Shown here: one piece after another, positions 26,186 through 32,000 of the stretch | Layout: each line of letters begins with the position of its first letter | Position numbering within the stretch: position 1 is the first letter of the stretch | Origin: Candidatus Electrothrix yaqonensis | GTDB taxonomy: Bacteria; Desulfobacterota; Desulfobulbia; Desulfobulbales; Desulfobulbaceae | Assembly: GCA_047651235.1 (NCBI GenBank) | Contig: CP178758.1 | Location: forward strand, 870,001-902,000 | Direction of reading: 5' to 3' | DNA: 32,000 bases | Translations under genes and position numbers: made by a program | The notes under the pieces: generated by a model | What the model saw: only the letters and a program-made list of their open reading frames with translations | Databases searched by the model: none | What the model was told of the DNA's origin: nothing

Positions 26186-27826
26186 CTAACAGGCGTACTT
26201 AATCCCCAGCTTCTCCGCCGCATCCGCATCATCAATGCCGAGGGCGTCGGACATGCCGATGGGCAGGCTCTGGGAACGCCCAAGCGGAGCCATGATTTTC
26301 TTCATCTCCGTCCTGATGGACATGAAGGTTTCAGCCACCCGCTGGGCGACATCATCCGGGTCCAATCTGCGAAAGAGCTTTTCGTTCTGGCTGGTGATGC
26401 CCTTGGGACAGATGCCCACGTTGCAGACATTGCAGCGGCCCAGCTCATTGCCCAGGCAGCCCGCGCAGGCCTGCATGATGTACTTGCCGATATGTACGCC
26501 GGACGCGCCGAGCATAATCAGGGCCATACCGTTCTGGGTCACGTTGCCGTTCTTGCCCACCCCGCCCGCAGCAAAAAGCGGAATTTCGTTCTGGCGGCCC
26601 TGGGCGACCAGTTCCTGATAGCATTCGCGCAGGTTGGAGGCAATCGGATGACCGGTGGCATCCATAGAGACGTTATAGGCTGCCCCGGTACCACCGTCGA
26701 TGCCGTCGATGAGCAGCCCGGAAGCATAGGGATTGCGCACCAGATTATTGAGCACCGACTTGGCTGAGTTGGAAGCGGAGATCTTGGGATACACCGGTAC
26801 CCGGAAACCAAAGGCCATCGACAGGGTCTGGATCATTTTCATGACACTCTCCTCAATCGAGTAGAGCGTCTGATGCACGGGCGGGGAGGGCAGGTCAACG
26901 CCTTCCGGCACCCCGCGCAGGCGGGCGATCAGCTTGGAGACCTTGAACCACATGAGCAGGCCGCCATCACCGGGCTTGGCGCCCTGACCGTACTTGATCT
27001 CAATAGCTGCCGGATCACACTGCATCTCCGGGATAGCCCGGATAATCTCGTCCCAGCCGAAATAGCCGGAGGCGATCTGCAGAATAATATACTTGAGGAA
27101 CGGGCTTTTCAGCACCCAAGGCGGACATCCGCCCTCACCGGTCGCCATGACCACCGGAATACCCAGAACCTCATTACAATAGGCAACCCCCTGAAGCAGG
27201 CCGAGCCACATATTGGGGGACAGCCCGCCGAAGGACATGGAGCCGATGACAAAGGGAAAAATTTCCCGGGTCGGCGGAATCCACTCACCGGCAGCCTTGC
27301 GGCGGATGTACTCTTCCGGCGGCAGAACCCGACCGAGAACAGTGTTGGTGTTGAACTCATGCCGGCCTGCATCCAGAGCCGGGTCGGTAAGCATGGAGAT
27401 CCGACCGAAGGAAATGCGGTCCAGGATGGTCCGGCCCGGCACATTGCGGCGGCCGCCCCGTTTCCAGGATTCACCCTTCTGGTCCATATGGAATTTGGAC
27501 CGTTGTTCGTTGGAATTCGGCTTGGGACTGATGGCCTCATTCGGACAGACTGAAGCGCACATACCGCAGCCGATGCACATTTTGTCCACCTCGGTATTCT
27601 GCCGGATGCCGACAAAATGGCGGTACTCGTTGCCGCGCTTCTTTTTCAGGATATCCAGCTTGGGCACCCGCTGCCTGCGGTAGGTCAGGTAGATAGCCTG
27701 CTTGGGACAGACTGCCGTGCATTGACCGCACAGGGTGCAGCGGTCTTCGCGGTGCTCTATAATCCAGGGCAGATCAACAGGGGTCAGGCTGCTTGGCTGA
27801 GTGTAAACTGATCGAACTGAGACCAT
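26186..27826 (-). CDS. glutamate synthase FMN-binding domain protein with N-terminal 2x[4Fe-4S]
   Basis: CTLCGQCTAVCP and CIGCGMCASVCP, then a GltB domain-2 core (GSMSFGGLS, IKYGQGAKPGDGGLL, PPVHQTLYSIE, DGIDGGTGAA, LFAAGG). It overlaps the upstream gene by 43 nt. Confidence 0.9.
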   Translation of the reverse strand: MVSVRSVYTQPSSLTPVDLPWIIEHREDRCTLCGQCTAVCPKQAIYLTYRRQRVPKLDILKKKRGNEYRHFVGIRQNTEVDKMCIGCGMCASVCPNEAISPKPNSNEQRSKFHMDQKGESWKRGGRRNVPGRTILDRISFGRISMLTDPALDAGRHEFNTNTVLGRVLPPEEYIRRKAAGEWIPPTREIFPFVIGSMSFGGLSPNMWLGLLQGVAYCNEVLGIPVVMATGEGGCPPWVLKSPFLKYIILQIASGYFGWDEIIRAIPEMQCDPAAIEIKYGQGAKPGDGGLLMWFKVSKLIARLRGVPEGVDLPSPPVHQTLYSIEESVMKMIQTLSMAFGFRVPVYPKISASNSAKSVLNNLVRNPYASGLLIDGIDGGTGAAYNVSMDATGHPIASNLRECYQELVAQGRQNEIPLFAAGGVGKNGNVTQNGMALIMLGASGVHIGKYIMQACAGCLGNELGRCNVCNVGICPKGITSQNEKLFRRLDPDDVAQRVAETFMSIRTEMKKIMAPLGRSQSLPIGMSDALGIDDADAAEKLGIKYAC

Positions 27827-28920
27827 ATCAGGAGTTCCTTTCGTTCTGGTGGAATAATAACAGTGTGTTCACGCATGGGCTGGAAATCAAGGGATGGGTC
27901 GCGGTCCGGCACCAGAGCATCGACGCCGCACATTTCCGAGGCAATGGCCCAGGCTCCGGGGCGACCGCCGACCGTGGCAGGACGCAGTTTTTTGGCATCC
28001 ATCACCAGCATGCAGGTTTCATCGGGCAGGGTGCCGATCACCGCATTGGGACCGTCGATGATCAGGCGGCGGCAGGCTGTGCGCAGCCCTTTGAGAAAAT
28101 CCCCTTGGGGATGGGCATCCAGCTCTTCCGTCTTCAGCGGGGTGATCACATGCTTGTAGGCAGCCAGGGGCAGGCCGAGCTTTTTGGTCACATAATGGAG
28201 GATATGGGCAAAAACCTCGGAGTCGGACTGGTAGCCCATGTAGCCGGGAATTCTCTTACCTTCCAGCCATTCCTTAATCGGCACAAAAGCGGTGTTCTCG
28301 CCGTTGGTCATAGTGGCGACGCCCTGAATGAAGAAGGGATGGCAGGCGTAAAGATTAATACCGTAATTGGTGTTCTGCCGCCCCTGAGCCATAACCACCC
28401 GTGCCTTGATCCGGCCATCGTTCAGGCCGAGAGCATCCCCCACCTCCAAAGGCCAGCCCACCTCTTTGATCATAACCACATCAGGCCAGAAAGAGAAGAT
28501 GGTCAGGTCATTGCCGTGTTCCTCGCCATCTTTCCGCAGATTGAGACGGGTCTGCATAAACCGGTCTTCGAGTTCCGCTTCAGTCAGTCTTTCCGGTTTC
28601 TTATAGACCCGGACAATATACTGGAACCGGTCTTTTGCCTCGATCAGATCCGGATTGATTTTAAACCAATGGTCGTATTTCTGCTCAAAGCCCTGTTCCT
28701 CCATAAGCCGCTGCAGGCGCCGGGCAGCTGCCTCGGTATGGGCAATACCGGACAGGATGACCTGATCCTCTTTTTTATATTTAAAATCTTCAAAACTGAC
28801 ACCGCGCAGCAGCAGACCGAGACCGCTGCCGTCATACCCCTCCTGCATGGCCTCCATGCCGGTCAGCACCTCATAGGGTGAAAAGGGGATATCTGCGGTT
28901 TTCAGGGCTAATCGACACAT
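27784..28920 (-). CDS. class-II (Ntn) glutamine amidotransferase, GltB domain-1-like
   Basis: Starts MCRL (Cys directly after Met, the Ntn nucleophile). Also GYDGSGLG, AQGRQNTNYGINLYACHPF and TNGENTAF. Confidence 0.9.
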   Translation of the reverse strand: MCRLALKTADIPFSPYEVLTGMEAMQEGYDGSGLGLLLRGVSFEDFKYKKEDQVILSGIAHTEAAARRLQRLMEEQGFEQKYDHWFKINPDLIEAKDRFQYIVRVYKKPERLTEAELEDRFMQTRLNLRKDGEEHGNDLTIFSFWPDVVMIKEVGWPLEVGDALGLNDGRIKARVVMAQGRQNTNYGINLYACHPFFIQGVATMTNGENTAFVPIKEWLEGKRIPGYMGYQSDSEVFAHILHYVTKKLGLPLAAYKHVITPLKTEELDAHPQGDFLKGLRTACRRLIIDGPNAVIGTLPDETCMLVMDAKKLRPATVGGRPGAWAIASEMCGVDALVPDRDPSLDFQPMREHTVIIPPERKELLIWSQFDQFTLSQAA

Positions 28921-29026
28921 AAAATGGCTCCCGGAAATTCAATAATGCATTTTTTCGACAAAACTGCGGAAACGACTGAGCAAACGGAACTTCAGCAGGT
29001 TAGCTCGTCGATACAGAAAGAACTTG

Positions 29027-29055
29027 ACAATACAAAAAAAGGGGCAATCTGTCAA
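29027..29055 (-). promoter_or_regulatory. candidate sigma70 promoter for the glutamate synthase operon
   Basis: On the minus strand: TTGACA (29055-29050), 17 nt, TATTGT (29032-29027), about 100 nt upstream of the GATase ATG. Pattern match only. Confidence 0.3.
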
Positions 29056-29203
29056 CAGAAAGCACCCGGCACAGCTTGCTTCTGCTGTCTGGGGCTGCAG
29101 CAGGAGCGTTCTACGAGGCTGCGGAATTTTGAAAAAAGGAAAAAAGCAGGAGATACGACCGGCAGGAAACAGGAATGTCTGCAGGAACTTTCGGTAAAAA
29201 AAC

Positions 29204-29232
29204 TTGCATGATTGCTGTCAGGAGGGTATAAA
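29204..29232 (+). promoter_or_regulatory. candidate sigma70 promoter for the PilZ gene
   Basis: TTGCAT (29204-29209), 17 nt, TATAAA (29227-29232), about 55 nt upstream of ATG 29288. Confidence 0.4.
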
Positions 29233-29287
29233 AAATTATACTCAAAATGGAGAAATCTCATGATAACATGAAAGGAGGCATGATACC

Positions 29288-29692
29288 ATGAAAGCAACAC
29301 ATGAAAAACGCAGACATTCGAGGATAAACCTGTCAGGATATTATACAGCGGATCTCATCGGCAGGACTTCAGTGAATATCGGGATAGTGCAGAATGTATC
29401 CCTTGAAGGAATCCAGCTTTATGATCTGCCGGATAATTTTACAGCCGAGATAGGCAAGCAGTTCAAGATTAAAGTTTCAGGTTTTCCGGATACAGCAGAA
29501 TACGTTCTGACCGTCCAGTCAAAATGGAGATGCAAAAACGGACCGCACTTTGCTGTCGGTTTTGAGATTGTTCAGGCTCCTGCTGAATGGAACCTGTTAA
29601 TTTGGCAGGTTATTCCGCCGAAAAACGCTGTCAGCAGCAAAAGCAGCAAAAACAAGACGCTTCAATCTCAGCAGCATCTTGCCTACGCCTAA
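29288..29692 (+). CDS. PilZ domain protein (c-di-GMP receptor type)
   Basis: AAGGAGG SD. RRHSR (RxxxR) near the N-terminus and NVSLEG (D/NxSxxG) about 25 residues later are the two PilZ c-di-GMP-binding motifs. Confidence 0.8.
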   Translation: MKATHEKRRHSRINLSGYYTADLIGRTSVNIGIVQNVSLEGIQLYDLPDNFTAEIGKQFKIKVSGFPDTAEYVLTVQSKWRCKNGPHFAVGFEIVQAPAEWNLLIWQVIPPKNAVSSKSSKNKTLQSQQHLAYA

Positions 29693-29720
29693 TGCATAGA
29701 ATCATTCAGCTATAACAAAT

Positions 29721-29756
29721 ATCTCCGGGGATAAACCGAGCTTATCTTCCGGAGAT
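29721..29756. terminator. hairpin between convergent genes, probable bidirectional terminator
   Basis: ATCTCCGG(g)GATAA-accgagc-TTATC(tt)CCGGAGAT, followed by TCCATTTTTCT on the plus strand. Confidence 0.5.
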
Positions 29757-29765
29757 TCCATTTTT

Positions 29766-30134
29766 CTATTCCGCCTCTGCCGCAGCCTCAGCTTCCAGAA
29801 AATCCTCTTCTGTCAGCTCAAAGTCCGCCCCATGTGCGTCGTCCACTTTGAGCACGATGGTCATCTTACCCTGATAGGGCGGTTCAAAATCAAATTTTCC
29901 TTCCGTGTCGGTTTCTCCTTCAAGGATTTTTTCTCCCTTGGCATTGACCACAATCACCGTGCCGTTCTGTACTTTTCTCCCTCCCATAAAAAAGGCTTCC
30001 ACGTAGACCCGGTTATTTTCCACATAACACCATAATGTGGTGGCATGGGCATAGACAGAAGCGGCAATGGACAGGAACAGCATGGTCGCTGCCAGGAGCA
30101 CAGCGGTTTGTCTGAATGATTTGAACGTGTACAT
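29766..30134 (-). CDS. small secreted beta-rich protein, possibly metal-uptake associated
   Basis: GGAGG SD. Signal peptide MYTFKSFRQTAVLLAATMLFLSIAASVYAHA, then alternating beta-strand pattern (VENNRVYVEAFF, GTVIVVNAKGEKILEGETDTEGKFDF) and an acidic tail. It is downstream of the metal ABC genes on the same strand. Confidence 0.55.
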   Translation of the reverse strand: MYTFKSFRQTAVLLAATMLFLSIAASVYAHATTLWCYVENNRVYVEAFFMGGRKVQNGTVIVVNAKGEKILEGETDTEGKFDFEPPYQGKMTIVLKVDDAHGADFELTEEDFLEAEAAAEAE

Positions 30135-30225
30135 GACGGATTACCTCCTTTTGTATGAGAAAAATGGACTACCTTTTCCCGAAAAAAGATCAATCGGAAA
30201 TCAGGCCAGTTGTTATTTCATTGTT

Positions 30226-31119
30226 TCACCCTTCTCCCTGATTCGGTCCGCTTCGAGACAAAAGCGGACGCGAGATCAGAGCTCCGTAAAACAGGATACT
30301 GGAGACCAAGGCGATTACAGCACCGCTGGGCACAGGTAGTAGTCCGGAAAGCAGCAGCCCGGAGGCTGTACTGAGCGTGGAAAAAATAACGCTGAGCCAG
30401 ACAAAGCAGCGCAGATTTGGAGCAACCAGCTGGGCTCCGGCGGCCGGAACCACAACCAGAACCAGAACCAACAGCGCGCCGATCAGCTTGAGGCTGGATA
30501 CGACCACAATGGTCATCAGGGTGACAAACAGGTATTCCAGAAAGACCGGCGACAGGCCGCGCGCCTTGCCCAAGGTCCGGTTGAAGCTGGCGAGCATGAA
30601 CTGGTTAAAGTTGCAGGCAAAGATAATGCTGACCAGCAGAGAGGAGATAGTGAGAGCGATCAGATCCTGATCGTTCAGGGTGATCAGGCTGCCGAACAGA
30701 ATACCTTCCACCTGATGGATATTGAACTGGCTGGTCACCAGGATCATCAGGATAATACCGAGCCCGAGCACCTGGGCCAGGACCACCCCGATGATGGTAT
30801 CATTGGCCAGCCGGGTCCGGTTTTTGACAAAGGTCATCAGCAGGGCAACAATGAGGCAGAAGCCGTACAGTCCGGCATAGGTGCCGTCCACCGGCTCACC
30901 GATCAGCAGGCCGATGGCAACCCCGCTCATGGCGGCGTTGCCGATGGTCTGGGTGAAAAAGGACAGCTTCTTGGTCACCACCACCGTACCCACAGCCCCG
31001 AGGAGCGGACCAATGATCAGGGCGGCCAGCAGGCCGCGGATCATGAAGGTGTGCTCAAAAATTGCCGGAAGATAGCCTGCAACGGCCCAATTCTTAAAAA
31101 TATCGTAGAGAGAATCCAT
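30226..31119 (-). CDS. metal (Zn/Mn-type, ABC-3 family) ABC transporter permease
   Basis: 297 aa, 8-9 TM. FMIRGLLAALIIGPLLGAVGTVVVTKKLSFF and later segments are typical of ZnuB/MntB-like ABC-3 permeases. Confidence 0.85.
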   Translation of the reverse strand: MDSLYDIFKNWAVAGYLPAIFEHTFMIRGLLAALIIGPLLGAVGTVVVTKKLSFFTQTIGNAAMSGVAIGLLIGEPVDGTYAGLYGFCLIVALLMTFVKNRTRLANDTIIGVVLAQVLGLGIILMILVTSQFNIHQVEGILFGSLITLNDQDLIALTISSLLVSIIFACNFNQFMLASFNRTLGKARGLSPVFLEYLFVTLMTIVVVSSLKLIGALLVLVLVVVPAAGAQLVAPNLRCFVWLSVIFSTLSTASGLLLSGLLPVPSGAVIALVSSILFYGALISRPLLSRSGPNQGEG

Positions 31120-31182
31120 AGATGAATCCGTGTATCTCCAGTTCAGGGTTCAGAGGTATCTGCATACGGACGCATGCCGGAA

Positions 31183-31893
31183 TCACCCCAGCAAGGTATA
31201 CTGTTCCAGCAGACTGGAATGATCCAGCCCCTTGGCGGGACCGTCATAGAAGACCGTCCGGTTGACTGCGGTAACGGCATTGCAGATGCGTGAAATCATA
31301 TCCATACTGTGACAGACCATCAGAATGGTGATCCCCTGTTCTTCGCGCAGATTGATCAGCATCTCCTCAAACTGCCGTATCCCAACCTCGTCGATATTGC
31401 TGGCCGGTTCATCCAGCAGAAGAAGCTCCGGTTTCGGCTCCAGGGCCTGAGCCAGCAGTACCCGGCGGAATTCCCCGCCGGAAAGCTGGCCCACGCAGCG
31501 GTCAATGAGATGGCTGCAGTCTGTGGCGGCAAGAATCTTTTCGATCCTCGCCCTCATAGTCCGGCGGAGCCCTAAAAAAACCGGCAGCTTCTTCAGCATG
31601 AGAAAGAGAAAATCAAACACCGTAATCGGTACGGAATGATCAAACTCCAGAAACTGGGGCACATAGCCGATCCGGCTGCTTTCCCGGAAGAGAAAGCGGA
31701 TGGTCCCTTTATGGGGCATACCGCCGGTAATGCTGCGCATCAGGGTAGTTTTTCCTGCCCCGTTCGGGCCGGTCAGGGCATGAATATGCCCCTTTCTGAC
31801 GCGCAGATTGATGTTGTCGAGGATTCGGTTTCCCCGGAGGGAAACCGAAAGGTTCTCTATTTCAAGCAGGTTATGCTGGTTTTCGGCAGTCAT
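31183..31893 (-). CDS. metal ABC transporter ATP-binding protein
   Basis: ATG at 31893 (MTAENQHNLLEIENLSV...). Walker A GPNGAGKTT, signature LSGGEFRRV, Walker B LLLLDEP, H-loop VCHS. Confidence 0.9.
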   Translation of the reverse strand: MTAENQHNLLEIENLSVSLRGNRILDNINLRVRKGHIHALTGPNGAGKTTLMRSITGGMPHKGTIRFLFRESSRIGYVPQFLEFDHSVPITVFDFLFLMLKKLPVFLGLRRTMRARIEKILAATDCSHLIDRCVGQLSGGEFRRVLLAQALEPKPELLLLDEPASNIDEVGIRQFEEMLINLREEQGITILMVCHSMDMISRICNAVTAVNRTVFYDGPAKGLDHSSLLEQYTLLG

Positions 31894-31894
31894 C

Positions 31895-32000
31895 TTATTG
31901 AGCCTGCTCCTCCTGCACCTTCGGGACAAGGTTCTCCTGCACGTTTTTCTGCATATCCTTCATACGTCCCTCAATCTGCTTCTGCTGCATTTCCGGCACA
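31895..32000 (-). CDS. 3' end of an upstream gene running off the window (unknown product)
   Basis: Open frame ...PEMQQKQIEGRMKDMQKNVQENLVPKVQEEQAQ* ends 1 nt before the ATPase ATG. The product cannot be assigned from 35 residues. Confidence 0.35.
   Translation of the reverse strand, partial: VPEMQQKQIEGRMKDMQKNVQENLVPKVQEEQAQ

Noticed and set aside
26141-28881. Plus-strand ORFs of 208, 226 and 362 aa opposite the two glutamate synthase genes
   Set aside because: They are antisense to frames with Cys-cluster, FMN-domain and Ntn-amidotransferase motifs, and they have a typical GC-rich shadow composition.
29024-29055. TTGACA-N20-TGTCAA palindrome as a regulator operator
   Set aside because: It has only 6-bp arms with a 20-nt spacer. 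It is more simply explained as a -35-like hexamer on each strand. I kept it only as a low-confidence promoter call.
29068-29079. GGCAC-N4-TGC, possible sigma54 -24/-12 promoter in the nitrogen-assimilation intergenic region
   Set aside because: The GG-to-GC spacing is about 2 nt shorter than the TGGCAC-N5-TTGCA consensus. The motif also points toward the PilZ gene, not the glutamate synthase operon.

Overview
This is a bacterial chromosomal window. Hand counts put core genes at roughly 55-63% GC. The gene content (split archaeal-type glutamate synthase, Cache/pLGIC receptor, PilZ, very high IS/MITE load) fits an anaerobic Desulfobacterota-like, possibly filamentous organism, but that is inference only. 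Core genes are a tautomerase plus ligA (755-2990), prfC (16393-17979), a three-gene split glutamate synthase (21217-28920), a PilZ protein, and a Zn/Mn-type ABC transporter (30226-31893). Between ligA and prfC lies a ~13 kb accessory tract. It holds an orphan HigA-type antitoxin and a graveyard of nested IS remnants: a truncated IS200/IS605 tnpA, two IS701-like copies, ISAzo13-type fragments and an IS5/DDE_Tnp_4 element. At least three MITE-like families and a CPA2-USP antiporter also sit there. The most interesting locus is a tightly coupled two-gene operon at 11376-15350. It encodes an EACC1-like single-TM protein and a 1197-aa fusion of caspase, an AlbA_2/HATPase_c_4-like module, an NB-ARC STAND NTPase and TPR repeats, next to an Rpn-family PD-(D/E)XK nuclease. 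Two other observations stand out. A 107-bp TA-duplicating MITE occurs three times as identical copies, and one copy splits a Cache-pentameric ligand-gated ion channel gene; removing it in silico restores the frame. A 2.6-kb four-gene insertion (degenerate Fic, Uma2 nuclease, twice-frameshifted nucleotidyltransferase, AT-rich SDH/Clp-fold serine protease) is wedged inside the glutamate synthase operon. I saw no rRNA, tRNA or CRISPR array. All family assignments come from motif recognition by eye, not database searches.
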